A DNA stretch of 64,000 bases, from positions 92,132,001 through 92,196,000 of the forward strand of contig NC_135816.1 in assembly GCF_964213995.1 (NCBI RefSeq), read 5' to 3'. This DNA is from Mustelus asterias (taxonomy: Eukaryota). Below, in pieces: positions 35,192 to 48,770 of the stretch. The notes below the pieces were generated by a model. That model was not told the origin of the DNA and did not search any database. It saw only the letters and a list, made by a program, of their open reading frames with translations. The position numbers and the translations under genes are program-made. Each line of letters opens with the position of its first letter. Position 1 is the stretch's first letter.

Positions 35192-35341
35192 CACAGTAAG
35201 GAGTCTAACAACACCAGGTTAAAGTCCAACAGGTTTATTTGGTAGCAAACGCCACTACCAAATAAACCCGTTCGACTTTAACCTGGTGTTGTTAGACTCC
35301 TTACTGCGTTTACCCCAGTCCAACGACGGCATCTCCACATC
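35192..35341 (+). mobile_element. PLE family-1 minimal fold-back insertion, no ribozyme core
   Basis: Inverted arms of about 50 bp plus tail; TSD atgctaatgttaa at 35179-35191 and 35342-35354. Confidence 0.88.
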
Positions 35342-35850
35342 ATGCTAATGTTAAGCCAGTGTGTGCTTGTGTTTCTAATTTAGTACCAAAGACATACTGG
35401 TATAATTTGTATACAGGAAAACTGGGAATGCACATATTTTGCCAACATTAATCTGACACCATAAAATGTATCATCACATTGTATAACATTCCTGTAGCTT
35501 AGTATGATCTTTGCCTAGGTGGATCTATTTGGAATTAACTCCAAATTTGAATTATTTGTTTGTTTATCACACACCTTTATTTTAGCCAAATGTCTTGAAA
35601 CTGATAGTCTCTCGGGTATATTTATTCCAACAACCTTAAAGCTATCTTTCTTGTTCACAGTTGTCTTTCTACTGCCCCTGTATCAAGTTCATCCAATTTT
35701 TATATCTCAATTATTTTTTAGCCACATTTTTCATAACCCGTATCCTATCTGAATCCTTCCCAACGATACAGATTTTGTTCCCAAAAATGTGTCATGAAGC
35801 AGAAATTATGAGTACAGTCATGTAAGAGGTAGCCTTTCTTAAGGAGGCCA

Positions 35851-36143
35851 AGTTTAAAGTTTATTTATTAGTGTCACAAGTCAGCTTACATTAACACTGC
35901 AATGAAGTTACTGTGAAAATTCCCTAGTCACCACACTCTGGCACCTGTTCAGGTACAATGAGGCAGATTTTAGCATGGCCAGTGCAACGAACCAACATGT
36001 CTTTTGGACTGTGGGAGGAAACCGGAGCACCCGGAGGAAACCCACACGGGCACAGGGAGAATATGCAGTGACCCAAACTGGAATCAAACCCTGGTCTCTG
36101 GTGCTGTGAGGCAGCAGTGCTAACCACTGTGTCACCATGCCAC
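35851..36143 (-). mobile_element. HE1-headed SINE with the alternative 3' tail
   Basis: Same tail as 18384-18698. Confidence 0.85.
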
Positions 36144-36439
36144 CCACAATTTGAAAATTAACCATTACATTAGTTTTGCACATACAAATGTTTTTCTCCA
36201 AGATGGAGTATGGTGAAGTGGTGAAGATGATGCCTGTTGCCTTTTTCTTTCTCATCCTGTAGGAATTAGTTTTTACTACAAGGACATGAGCTGGCTCTTT
36301 GGGGGTTATTTGATAAGTGTTAAGTTCCAGACTATCCCTGAGGTTTAAAATATTATACAAATAAAAGGTGAACTTGATAAAATATTTTTTTTAAAACTTT
36401 ATAAATATGTGCGTAGTCTATTTAAGTAATTATTTTAAC

Positions 36440-39400
36440 ATACAGTAAGGATGGAAGGACAGGTGATGTGTCAAGGCTGCAGCACGTGGGTGCTCGTATT
36501 ATCTGCACTCAGTGCTTGTGGGATGAGTAACTTTAGTTCAGAGTCATTGAGCTGGAGGATGAGTTGCAGACACCTCAGCACATCAAGGGAATGGACAATT
36601 ATCTGGATGCTTTCAGGAAGTTCGGTAAAGGAAGAGTGTACCAAACGTGACCAGACAGATTGTCTGAGAAAGCGGGGCAGAGAGCAGGGGAAGTCACGAT
36701 TAAATTGCATTTATTTCAATGCATGAGGCCTGACGGGCAAGTCAGATGAACTCAGGGCATGGATGAGTACATGGGATTGGGATATTATAGCTGTTAATGA
36801 AACATGGCTAAGTGACCTGCCAATCTTGCCACTCCATGTTCCAGGATACAGATGCTACAAGAAAGATAGGCGGTAGGAGAGGAGAGGAAGTTGCGTTTTT
36901 GATTAGGGAAAACATCACAGCAGTACTGAGAGGGGATATATCCGAGGGTTCGCCCAGTGAGCCTATATGGGTAGAACTGAAAAATAAGAAGGGAAAGATC
37001 ACAGGCCCCAAATCGTCAGTGGGAAATTGAGGAGCAAGTATGTAAGGACATTACCGATAGCTGCAAGAAAAATAGGGTGGTAATAGGGAACTTTAACTTT
37101 CCCAGTATTGACTGGGACAGCCATAGCATTAGGGGGCATGGATGAAGAGAAATTTGTTGATTGTATTGAGGAGGAATTTCTCATTCAGTATGTGGATGGC
37201 CTGACTAGAGAGGGGGCAAAACTTGATCTCCCCTTTGGAAATAAGAAAGAGCAGGTGACAGAAGTGTTTGCAAAAGATCTCTTTGGGACCAATGACTACA
37301 ATTCCATTAGTTTTAAGACAGCTATGGAGAATGATAGGTCTGGCCCAAAAGTTAAAATTCTAAATTGGCGCAAGGGCAATTTTGATGGTATTAGCCAGGG
37401 GCATTCAAACGTTGATTAGGGGAGTCTGTTGGCAGGCAAGGTTTCCAAAAGTGTGCTAACCAGGATTCAGGGTAAGCACCTTCCTTTTAGAATGAAGGGC
37501 AAAGCCGGTAGAAGTAGGGAACCCTGGATGACTCAGGATATTGAGGACCTGGTCAAGAAGAAGAAGGAGGTATATGACATACCTGGGCAGCTGGGATCAA
37601 GTGTCCCTTGATCCACTGAAGAGTTTAGAGGGTGTCGGAGTAGAGTTAAGAGTGAAATCAGGAGGGCAAAAAGGGGCATGGAATTGCTTTGGCAGATAAG
37701 GCAAAGGAGAATGTAAAAAGCTTCTACAAATACATAAAGGGCAAAATAGTAACTGGGGAGCGAGTAGGGCCTCTTAAGGATCAACAAGGTCATCTATGTG
37801 CAGATCCACAGGTGATAGGTGAGATCCTAAATGAATATTTCTCATTGGTATTTACTGTTGAGAAAGGCATGAATGTTAGGGAACTTGGGGAAATAAATAG
37901 TGATGTCTTGAGGAGTGTACATATTACAGACAAGATGGTGCTGGACGTCTTAAAGTGCATCAAGGTAGATAAATTTCCAGGACCTGATGAAGCGTCTCCC
38001 AGGGTGTTATGGGACGCTCGGGAGGAAATTGCGAGTCCCCTAGCAGAGATATTTGAATCATCAACAGCCACAAGTGAAGTGCCTGAAGATTGGAGGGTAG
38101 CAAATCTTGTGCCTTTGTTTCAGAAAGGCTGCAGGGAAAAGCCTGGGAATTACAGACAGTGAGCCTAACATCTGTAGTGGGTAAGTTGTTAGAAGGTATT
38201 CCGAGAGACAGGATCTACAGGCATTTGGACAGGGAAGGACTGATTGGGGACAGTCAGTATGGCTTTTTGAGTGGAAAATCATGTCTCACAAATTTGATTG
38301 AGTTTTTTTGAAGAGGTAAGCAAGAAGGTAGATGAGGGAAGTGCAGTAGACGTTGTCTACATGGACAAGGCCTTTGAAAAGGTACCACATGGTAGGTTGC
38401 TGCATAAGGTAAATCTCACGGGATCCAGGGCAAGGTACCCAATCCTTGTCTTGACGACAGAAGACAGAGGGTGGTTGTAGACGGTTGTTTTTCAAACTGG
38501 AGGCCTGTGACCAGCAGTGTGCCTCAATGATTGGTGCTGGGTTCACTGTTATTTGTTATTTATGTTAATGATTTGGATGAAAATTTAGGAAGCATGGTTA
38601 GTAAGTTTGCAGATGACACCAAGATTGGTGGCATAGTAGACAGTGAAGAAGGTTATCTCGGATTGCAATGGGATCTTGATCAATTAGCCCAGTGGCCCGA
38701 TGAATGGCAGATGGAGTTTAATTTAGATAAATACGAGGTGATGCATTTTGGTAGATCGAATCGGGGCAGGACCTACTCAATTAATGTTATGGCGTTTGGG
38801 AAAGTTATAGAACAAAGATCTCTGGGTACAGGTTCATGGCTGCTTGAAAGTGGAGTCACAGATGGACAGGGTGGTGAAGAAGGCATTTGCCATGCTTGGT
38901 TTCATTGGTCAGAACATTGAATACAGGAGTTGGAACGACTTGATGTTGTACAAGACATTCCTAAGGCGACACTTGGAATACTGTGTACAGTTCTGGTCAC
39001 CCTATTATCGAAAGAATGTTATTAAACTAGGAGGAGTGCAGAAGGATTTATAAGATGTTACCAGGACTTGATGGTTTGAGTTATAAGAGAGCCTTGATAG
39101 ACTAAAAGTTTTTTTCCCTGGAGTGTTGGTGGCTTCAGGGTGATCTTATCGAAATCTAAAAAATAATGAGGAGTATAGATGAGATAGATAGTCAACATTT
39201 TCCCAAAGGTAGGGGAGTCTAAAACCAGAGGTCATAGATTTAAGTTGAGAGCGGAGAGATACAAAAGTGTCCAGAGGGACAATGTTTTCACGCAGAGGAT
39301 AGTGAGTGTCTGGAACGAGCTGCCAGAGGCAGTAGTAGAGGCGGGTACAATTTTGTGTTTTAAAAAGCATTTATACAGTTACATGGGTATGATGGATATA

Positions 39401-39515
39401 GAGGGATATGGGCCTAATACAGGCAAATGGGACTAGCTTACTGGTAAAAGCTGAGTGGTATGGACAAGTTGGTCTGAAGGGCCTGTTTCCATGCTGTAAA
39501 CCTCTATGACTCCAT
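36440..39515 (+). mobile_element. Near full-length decayed CR1/HER1 LINE (ORF1 N-terminus, APE endonuclease, RT, 3' end)
   Basis: MEGQVMCQGC (ORF1 start), CIYFNA, DIIAVNETWL, PEDWRVAN, SKFADDTKIGG and HLEYCVQFWSP, with many frameshifts. Confidence 0.92.
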
Positions 39516-39534
39516 AGCCCTTGTACACCAGTCA

Positions 39535-40242
39535 CCGAATGTAAGCATGCAGGTGCAGCATGCAGTAAAAAAGGCAAATGGTACATTGGCCATCATAGTA
39601 AGAGGATTTGAGTACAGGAGCAGAGATGTCTTGATGCAATTATTCAGGGCTTTGCTGAGGCCACACCTGGAATATTATGTGTACTTTTCATCTTTTTATC
39701 TGAAGAAGGATGTTCTTGCTCTAGAGGGAGTGCAGACAAAGTTTACCACAGTGATCCCTAGAATGGGGGGACTTGCGTATGACGAGAGATTGAATTGGTT
39801 CAGATTGTATTTGCTGGAGTTCAGAAGAAGTAACGTTTATTTATTAGTCACAAGTGAGGCTTACATTAACACCTCAATGAAGTTACTGTGAAATTCCCCT
39901 AGAATGAGCAGGGAAATTTATAAAATTCAACAGGACCAGACAGGATAGATGCAAGAAGGATGTTCCTGATGATAGGGGTGTCCAGAACCAGGAGTCGCAA
40001 TCTGAGGATACAGGGTCGATGGTTTAGGACAGGGATGAGGAGAAATTTCTTCATCCAGGGAGTGGTCAGCCTGTAGAAATAGCTACCACACAAGAAGCAG
40101 CTGGATAGAACATTTGAGGCGAAGGTAATCAAAGGATATGAGTCGAAGGCAGGATTAGCTGGATGATCAGCCATGATAATGAATGGGGGATAGGATTGAA
40201 GGGCCAAATGGCCTCCTCCTGCTTGTATTTTTGATGTTTCGA
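39535..40242 (+). mobile_element. CR1 3' fragment carrying a 70-bp insert of the alternative SINE tail (39830-39901, minus)
   Basis: VQHAVKKANG.LA.I.RGFEYRSRDV; aaatggcctcctcctgct tail. Confidence 0.82.
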
Positions 40243-40699
40243 TGACTCCACCAGCTTCCCCTTACCCAACTGGACACCCCACCCCTCCCTTCAATCAACC
40301 CTTATACCAACTACCCTCCTGAACCCCTGGCTAACAAGCCAACTTGACACAACTATTCTGACCAATCCTCCCCCACAACCAACCACTCACCCACCAATCC
40401 ATTCACTCATCCATTAACTAACATTAATTAAAACACTGGACTTTTAACCTTACATGTAGCAACTAGTGCTGTAAATAGGAATGTGCCATCTCTGTCCCGA
40501 CTCTACTCCAATGGAGCTCCCTGGGGTCAGTGCCCTGAACATCCCAGTAGAAACATGCAGCAGTTTCAGGTTGGGAGAATTTTCGTGCATGGTGCCAATC
40601 CGTTTCTCATTTATGCTGCTTAGAAGATCGAGACCCATTTATATTTTAAAGTCCAATTTATGTTTTAATTATTAAATTAAAAATAAGACAAATGCTCAC

Positions 40700-40861
40700 T
40701 TGATCAGGTTCAGACTCCTTCACATGAGGTGGCGGGGAGCGGAAACAGATTGGTCCATGAAGGAGTTTAATTCCAGGTCCAGTTCTGTCAGTTACTGGTT
40801 TGTACTGAGGCCAGAGGCGAGATCCTCGGCACAAGAATCTGTGAGAATGTTTTCTTTCAGA
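40700..40861 (-). pseudogene. Orphan NLR-type (ribonuclease-inhibitor-like) leucine-rich-repeat exon with two stops
   Basis: Polypyrimidine tract and AG, then a 162-nt phase-2/2 exon LKENILTDSCAEDLASGLSTNQ*LTELDLELNSFMDQSVSAPRHLM*RSLNLI, then GTGAGC. Confidence 0.8.
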
Positions 40862-40989
40862 CTCAGGATCGGAGAGAGAAAAATAACAAGAATAAATCTC
40901 CAGTGTTTTTCAGTAAACCATTAAAAGCAATAATAATGTACAGTATGAAACATTTAAAAAAGAACAACTTCCATTCATATAAAAGGAAG

Positions 40990-41200
40990 AAATAATATAA
41001 ATGCTGCAACTGAAATATAAATAGAATATACTGGAAATACTCAGGAGGTAAGGCAAATATTTGTGAAGAGAGAAACAGAGTTATAAGCTTGTGCTTTCAT
41101 TAGAACTGGGAAATAGCAATGAATTGACAGATTTGATGTTTGAGGGGGTGGGAGAAAGAAAACAAAATGGAATTGCAGGAGTGATTAAATCACAAAAGGG
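40990..41200 (-). mobile_element. Old PLE family-2 3' fragment
   Basis: aaatgctgc...ctggaaatactcagg...gagagaaacagagtta. Confidence 0.55.
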
Positions 41201-41627
41201 ATTTGCAGGACTGATTAAATCACAAAAGTGATGATGGGGTAAGACAAGAGCACAGGATTCCCATCTCCTTACCCTGAGTCATTGGGGAGGGGCCTGGGAT
41301 GGTCATTGGCTCAGGAATGGAGTTTGTGGTGGGGCTGAAGCTCATGACTGGGAATTTACTGGAATCTATGATGGCTGATTAAGGGTTGCAGCCCGTTTAG
41401 TGCTGCCTCCCGAGAGGTACTCCTCCTGACGGCTCGGGCTCAGAGGGAAATCCTGTTCCCTTCGGATGGGAGGAGAAGATCATCCCATCAAATCAAGTAA
41501 GTCTGAATGGAGATTGCTGAGGAGGTGAGCTAGTATCAATGTCCTGATGTGTTCAAAAGATGAGTGCAGCAAAGAATATTAAATTTAAAGCCGTAAATTC
41601 GAATAAGGATGAAAGTGAAATTGGTAG

Positions 41628-41892
41628 TGCAGTAATTTAGCCACACGCCGGTTTCCCGACACCAACACCCTTTATTGTGCACCAAAGGAAAACGTCACTC
41701 CCACAGCTTATAGTCAGGCAGTCTTCACCTTGGGACCTGCAACCAGGTCCAAGTAAAGTTACAGGCTTAAGAACCCCCACTGGCTGCTTCCCATTGGGCA
41801 TACCTCCTTGCTCAATAAGGCAGCTCATACTCCACCAAGCCCGTGGGTATTTCTATTAATAATCCCCCATTGCCTTCGTGCTCATCGTAACA
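41628..41892 (-). mobile_element. 3' LTR of a Gypsy element
   Basis: The minus strand has PPT ctaagggggaggca followed by TGTTAC..., then aataaa, ending ...CTGCA. Confidence 0.75.
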
Positions 41893-42448
41893 TGCCTCCC
41901 CCTTAGTCCTGCTGCATGGATGTCATTTTTGGCACTTATCACTCAGGTGGATGTCCGTTCAAGGTGGCGTTGGGTCAGATGGTGTAAAGCGAACAGGGGA
42001 CCTTCTTTTCTAGAGGGAGCATCGTAGAATTACCAAAGCAGGTTCCTCCTCGGGTTCTACTTCAGTTCAATGGCCCAGTTCTTCAGCCTCCATCACCTAG
42101 TCTGTACCTTCGCTATCTGGAGACGCCAACGCGGAATTGGTTTCAACCCAAGGGCTGTCACTGGCAGCAGTTTTTGCCATGGCTAATGGTGTGCGTGGCA
42201 CAGGCAAGGACTCCCTGCTTCTGAAATGGTCTGTTTTATGGTTTTACCTGAATGTTGATGTTGTAAGATACTGATCCCATTTATTCCATAATGATCCTTG
42301 GGTTCCATTCCTGAAGTTGCTTACATGAACCAGATCACCTGTTGCAAAAGTTCTTTCTGTCCTCGTGGAATCAAATTTTCCTTTTTGGTTTTGTTGAAGT
42401 AGAAACTTTTCCTGCTTCCTAACTGTGAAAGATAGACTCTACAAAATT

Positions 42449-43003
42449 TGTTCCGTCAATATAACAAGGATTTATTTAAGAATAACTGCATGCAGTATAT
42501 GGCTGAAACTTGGGGTCAGAGAGCAGTTGACACAGCTGCTGATTCTTCCACAAGTCCGCAATTACACAGAGAAACGGTTCAGTATTTATACATAATTATT
42601 ATCAGTTTTCGTGACCAGAGCATATTCAGGAATTCGATTAGTAATAGAACCGTGAGCAATATCATTAATCAGGTTTTAACTTGCTGACCTACCAGATCTC
42701 GTTGTCCCATTATTCATACCCTTATCTTGTTCTTTGATGGAACAGAAGAAGGTCGGTGACTCCTTCCTCCCTGACCTTATCTTGTTTTATTTACTCATAC
42801 AGCCTTATTAACTTTTACAGGGGTCTGGCATTTTGAAATAGCTTTGGTCAGCCGTTCTTTATATTGTAACAAATAGTTGACCAATTTTCCCATCATGCCC
42901 TTACTTAGTTCATACAACTTCACAGTTTTCCTGTTGGGATTACACCTTCCCCGCCAAGTTTGGGAATAATAAACACAATCTGGTATGAAACCATTGTCCC
43001 ACA
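42449..43003 (-). mobile_element. Probable solo LTR nested in the Gypsy integrase region
   Basis: Minus strand TGTGGG...GGAACA with TATA-like and aataaa signals; integrase reading resumes on both sides; TSD unclear. Confidence 0.5.
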
Positions 43004-43562
43004 AACAGCTCTGTTGGAGCAACTGAGCTGTTGTTGTTGTGCAGTGTGGTCCCATAATCAAAAAAAAGTCATGCCAGTTTAGTCTCTACGGATGCTGCTA
43101 GTTTTTTCTTCATACCAATTTTGAAGGTTTGAACCACTCATTCTGCAAGCCCATTTGATGATGGATGATCAGGTGCAGTCCGTATGTGTTGAATGCCAAT
43201 GGAGAGCATGAAGCTCTGTAAATCACCACGAGTAAGGCCACACCTTTATTGGAAATTAGGACTTATGGTATTCCATGTGTGCTGCAATTTCTTGATCATA
43301 TCCTACATAGCCATCGAGCTCATGCAGTGCACCTCTGACCTCTTGGAGTGTACATCCACCATGATTAAAAACATATAACCCATAAAGAGACTTACAAAGT
43401 CCGCATGCACACACACCCATGACCTACCAGCCCACTCCCATGAATGTAGGGTAGCTGAAGGTGGGAGTTTTATTTTCCTGGCATAGATCACATTGCGTTA
43501 CCACATCTAATATATTGGAATCAAGATGAAGCTGATATCAGAATCAAGATCAGGCCACCAGA

Positions 43563-43807
43563 TAAAAGCAAATTACTACGGATGCTAGAATCTGAAACCA
43601 AAAGAGAAAATGCTGGAAAATCTCAGCAGGTCTGGTAGCATCTGTATTGAGAGAAAATAACTGACGTTTTGAGCCCAGATGACCCTTTGTCATCCAAGCT
43701 CGACAAGGTTTGACAAAGGGTCATCTGGACTATGAACGTCAGCTCTTTTCTCTCCTTACAGATGCTGCCAGACCTGCTGAGATTTTCCAGCATTTTCTCT
43801 TTTGGTT
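43563..43807 (-). mobile_element. PLE family-2 fold-back insertion (U3-A8 hammerhead variant)
   Basis: Inverted arms at about 43592-43692 and 43711-43811; imperfect TSD tcaggcca(c/t)ca at 43550 and 43808. Confidence 0.85.
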
Positions 43808-44994
43808 TCAGGCCATCAAATGTGGCCTGGCCAGCATCTTCATTTTTGATACTTCTGGGTGGCCATTATGTAGTTCTATTAATATTTGACATTGTCCTGG
43901 CAGCAGAAGAATTACTCGGGACCCCCAAATAATGATCTCAACCTCAGCCCTCATTTCTGTACAGGGTGGTTGAAATCCCCTGTGTCAAATCATGTGCCTC
44001 ATGTTGGAGAGTTGGATCTTTTTGGGTCGAGGCTTCAATTTGCCTTGCTGACACTTGCAAGGTCTCCAAAAAGATCAGAGTCATCCACCCTCTTCTATTG
44101 CTGGTAAAGGAGTCAGGCTCAGTGCATCCGCATTAGTTATCAGGGTCCCAGGGCAGTGTTCCAGAATATATTCATAAGCTGCCAATGTACAGAACTGTAT
44201 CTGAATGCAGGTGATTGGGACAAATGGCTTTGTCCTTTTAAAAGAGGCCGAGTAAGGTCCGTAACTATAAAAATACCATCCATTGCAGATGTATTGCTGG
44301 AACTTCTTCACACCGAAACCTTTCTTTTAAAATGTGAAATATTGTTGTTCTGCATCCGAGTGGGTCCTGGAAGCATACGTGATGGGCTTCTCCGTTTCAT
44401 CTTTCCAGCAATGTGACAGCAATGAATCAACCCCGTATAGGGAAATGCCACAGATTAAAATAAGTTCTTTCTTCCGGCCAGTAAATTGATTTCAGTAATT
44501 GATGTTTAACCTTAGAAAGAGCTTCTGCTTGTGGCGCTTCTCAAGACCATCTTGCTACCTGTTAACTAAGCGAACAGATCTTCGATCCGGGGCACGGAGG
44601 ACCTATCAAATTTGGAGACCCGGTTGACTGTCAGTTTAGAGTCCCTGCTAAGATGAACTGATTTGTCAAGCTTACAAACATGGATGTGGCCCATTCTGCA
44701 AATTGCACAGGCCTTATTAGGCCCAAACTTTCAAGGCACCCTAGTTCAGTTTCCACCTTCTCCAGCATGGAGTAAGGGACTGGTCTGGCTCTGAATTACC
44801 TTGGTGCAACATCAGGATTAACACAGATCTGGGCCTTGGCTCCTTCTATTTTCCCCTGGCCCTCCTGAAAAACTCCAGGGTACCTACTGACAACCTTGTA
44901 CAATCCCCCCATGCCTTGCCTGAAGATCTCCAACCAGTTAAACCGAATCTGCATCCACTCTGTTAAGTCACTCAGCATCTTTGTGCATTTCAAT

Positions 44995-45400
44995 ATGGTC
45001 ACCTCTCAATCTTCTAAACACCAATATGTATCAGCCCAATTTGGTCAATCATTTTTTCATAAAATAAAAGCCTTAATCCCAGGAATCAGTTCAGTGAACC
45101 TTCTCTGAACTGGTTCAAGTTCAGTTATATCCTTTGTTAAGTAAAAGGACAAAAGCTACACACCTTACTTAAAATGTGGTCTAACTGAGGCTCTCTAAAA
45201 CTGTAGCAAAACTTCCCTAGTTATATATTTTATTTCCCTTGTGATACAAACATAAGAAATAGGAGCAGGAGCAGGCCACTCAGTCCTTTGAGCCCGCTCC
45301 ACCATTCAGTAAGATCATAGCTTCTCTTTTACTTCAACGTCATTTTCCTGCACTATGTTGGCATCCCTTGATATTTTTAATATGTCGGAATCTATATTGA
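44995..45400 (-). mobile_element. CR1 3' fragments
   Basis: PHFK, RRFTELIPGI and a ctcctatttcttatg tail. Confidence 0.65.
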
Positions 45401-45954
45401 AGAGAGCACGTGATTTCAGGGAAAGAACCAGAACAGATCTTGCAATTCTTATGCCAATAGAAGATAAAGCAATGGAGCTGGGAGACCCGAAGCAATCTAA
45501 GCACAATCACTGACGGTGAGATGAGCTGTGGAGCTGAGAGACAGAGTGGTTCAAGGGAACAAGAGACCCTCTGGTCATCACACAATGTAGTGCTTGTGTG
45601 TCCATCACTGGTAGTACAAAGTAGTCTGAAGGACATGTAGAATGCACACTCTCCTCGGATCACTCTTCTCTCTCACAGAAGTCAAGGCCTGCCACGATGA
45701 GGACAACCATCAACCTCTGAGAAGGAGGAGATTTTGGGACTGACATTGACTAGGCTGAGGATCAGAGAAGTAAATAACAGGTGCAAGTTTTGGGACATCA
45801 ATCCCATGGATGTTTGTGCCAATGATGTGGAGCAACAATGTGATGGTGCACACTAAGTACCCCACCTCCTCCTTAGAGGTGGATGACTGCCCCTGATCAT
45901 AACAGCCCTTGAGTGAGAGAGAGTGAAGTAACAATGGGCAATTGTCCAAATATT

Positions 45955-46265
45955 TCCTTCATGCGATGTGGGCATCACTGGGAAGGGCATAACTTGTTGC
46001 CCATCCCTAATTACCCTTGAACTGAGTGGCTTGCTGGGTCATTTCAGGGGACAGTTTGAATCAGCCATATAGTTGCCCGAACTCTGTAAGAAGCACAAAT
46101 TTCCTTCCATAAAGGGCACTGGTCATCTTTATGGGTTTTTATAAGTGACAATAATTTCGAGTCACTCTTAAAGAGATGAGCTTTCAATTCCAGATTTTAT
46201 GAATTGCAATGAAATTCCACCAGCTTCTACGGTAGGATTTGCAACCACTGCACGAGCCTGGATCT
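45955..46265 (-). mobile_element. Second tRNA-derived SINE family, abutting the promoter
   Basis: Same junction with the promoter as 24036-24340. Confidence 0.75.
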
Positions 46266-46645
46266 CTGCTCCATTGAGAGAGATCCGGGCTTAGCCCCGC
46301 CCCTCATTCTCTCCGATTGGTTGACGGACCACCGGCTCGCTTTTGGTCCTCCAGCCCCGCCTCCTTTTCCTGTTGGTCCGGAACTGCTGTCAATTATCTG
46401 GGCATTTTGAGCTGGAGTATGCGCACTAACGATGATGGCGCAAGACTGAGGTGATTGGTGTCAACGGTGTGCAGGTAAATTAAAGTCGGGTGAGTGATGA
46501 GAGAGGAATGGATGAAGCCGGCAATTGGGCTCGAAGCTTTCGTATAAACGCCGCGTGTCGACACTAACACTCGAATTCAGATACCGGATGCGGCATTTGA
46601 ACTGGAGTCAGATGCTCGGGTTTTTCCAGGTGACAGCTTCAGAAA
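46265..46645 (+). promoter_or_regulatory. ZNF promoter cassette and first exon (for 50799-51389)
   Basis: gccccgcccc, gattgg, tatgcgca; reverse-complement paralog of 23688-24035. Confidence 0.7.
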
Positions 46646-47022
46646 CTGACGCCATCTTTAAAGTGGTGCTTCTAATATGTGCTCCTCCTTCTTCAACCGG
46701 GCTTTTCCACCTACAGTTGTTGATAGGGCCCGCAACAGCGTGCGGTCCATCTTCTATACCATGACCCTCACCCCCTCCATTCCCTGCCAGAATAAGGGTA
46801 GTTTTCACCCCACCAGCCTCCGCATGCAAAGCATAATTCTCTGCCATTTTTGCCAACTCCAGCATGATGCCATCACCAAACACATCTTCTCTTCACTCCC
46901 TCAGTTAGCATTCCACAGAGACCGTTACCTCCGGGATTACCTAGTCCACTCCTCCACTATACTCAACACCTCTCCCGTCACTCATGGCACCTTCCCATGT
47001 AATCGCAGAAGGTGTAACACCA

Positions 47023-47356
47023 ACGGTAGCACAGTGGTTACCACTGCTGCTTCACAGCTCCAGGGACCCGGGTTCGATTCCCGGCTTGGGTCACTGTCTG
47101 TATGGAGTTTGCACATTCTCCTCGTGTCTGCGTGGGTTTCCTCCGGGTGCTCCGGTTTCCTCCCACAGTCCAAAGATGTGCGGGTTAGGTTGATTGGCCA
47201 TGCTAAAATTGCCCTTAGTGTGCTGGGATGTGTAGGTTAGAGGGATTAGCAGGTACATGTGTAGGGATATGGGGGTGGGGCCTGGGTGGGATTGCGGTCG
47301 GTGCAGACTCGATGGGCCGAATGGCCTCTTTCTGTACTGTAGGGATTCTAAATTCT
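47023..47356 (+). mobile_element. HE1 SINE nested in the PLE
   Basis: Full HE1 sequence; taacacc/taaaacc duplication. Confidence 0.93.
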
Positions 47357-47585
47357 AAAACCTGCCTCTTTACCTTTTCCATGCTTACCATCCAAGGTCC
47401 AAAACACTAAGTCCTGGCAAAGCAGCGTTTCACTTGCACCTCTTTCAATTTGGTCTATTGCATTCGCTGCTCCAGATGTGGTCTCCTCTATATCGCAGAG
47501 ACCAAACGCAGACTGGGTGATTGCTTTCCTTCGGTCTGTATGCAATCAGGACTCTGACCTTCTCGTTGCTTGCCATTTTAACACA

Positions 47586-48770
47586 TGATCGGTTGACGAA
47601 GGAAGGGCCGTGGATGTCGTCTATATGGATTTCAGTAAGGCATTTGACAAAGTCCCTCATGGCAGGTTGGTTAAGAAGGTTAAGGCTCATGGGATACAAG
47701 GAGAGGTGGCTAGATGGGTAGAAAACTGGCTTGGCCACAGGAGACAGAGGGTAGCAGTCGAAGGGTCTTTTTCCGGCTAGAGGTCTGTGACCAGTGGTGT
47801 TCCGCAGGGCTCTGTACTGGGACCTCTGCTATTTGTGATATATATAAATGATTTGGAAGAAGGTGTAACTGGTGTTATCAGCAAGTTTGTGGATGACACG
47901 AAGATGGCTGGACTTGCGGATAGCGATGAACATTGTCGGACAATACAGCAGGATATAGATAGGCTGGAAAATTGAGCGGAGAAATGGCAGATGGAATTTA
48001 ATCTGGATAAATGCAAAGTGATGCATTTTGGAAGAACTAATGTAGGGGGGTAGTTATACAATAAATGGCAGAGCCATCAAGAGTATAGAAACACAGAGGG
48101 ACAAGTCCACAAATCCTTGAAGGTGGCAGCACAGGTGGAGAAGGTGGTGAAGAAGGCATATGGTACGCTTGCCTTTATAGGACGGGGTATAGAGTATAAA
48201 AGCTGGAGTCTGATGTTGCAGCTGGTTAGGGCACATTTGGAGTATTGCGTCCAGTTCTGGTTGCCGCACTACCAGAAGAACGTGGAGGCTTTAGAGAGTG
48301 CAGAGAAGGTTTACCAGGATGTTGCCTGGTATGGAGGGTCTTAGCTATGAGGAGAGATTGGGTAAACTGGGCTTGTTCTCCCTGGAAAGATGAAGAATGA
48401 GGGGAGACCTAATAGAGGTGTACAAAATTATGAAGGGTATAGATAGGGTGAACAATGGGGAGCTTTTTCCCAGGTCGGAGATGACAATTACGAGGGGTCA
48501 CGGGCTCAAGGTGAGAGGGGTGAGGTATAACTCAGATATCAGAGGGACGTTTTTTACACAGAGAGTGGTGGGGGCCTGGAATGTGCTGCCAAGTAGGGTG
48601 GTGGAGGCAGACACGCTGGCATTGTTTAAGACTTACCTGGATGGTCACATGAGCAGTCTGGGAATGGAGGGATACAAACAAATGGTCTAGTTGGACCAAG
48701 GAGCGGCACAGACCTGGAGGGCCGAAGGGTCTGTTTCCTGTGCTGTACGGTTCTTTGTTCTTTGTTCTTT
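47586..48770 (+). mobile_element. CR1/HER1 LINE nested in the PLE
   Basis: VDVVYMDFSKAFDKVPHGRL, GVPQGSVLGP and RGDLIEVYKIM motifs; (gttcttt)n tail. Confidence 0.93.

Larger units (their letters stand above)
41893..44990 (-). mobile_element. Decayed Gypsy LTR retrotransposon pol (RT, RNase H, integrase)
   Basis: YPGVFQEG.GKIEG, KKFQQY, NADALS, LHSWEW...W..VHADF...FMG.MFLIMVD.HSK, HIRTAP.HPSSNGLAE. Confidence 0.85.

Noticed and set aside
32001-41230. Small tandem duplications (32001-32050 and 41174-41233)
   Set aside because: Ordinary slippage-type repeats with no further structure
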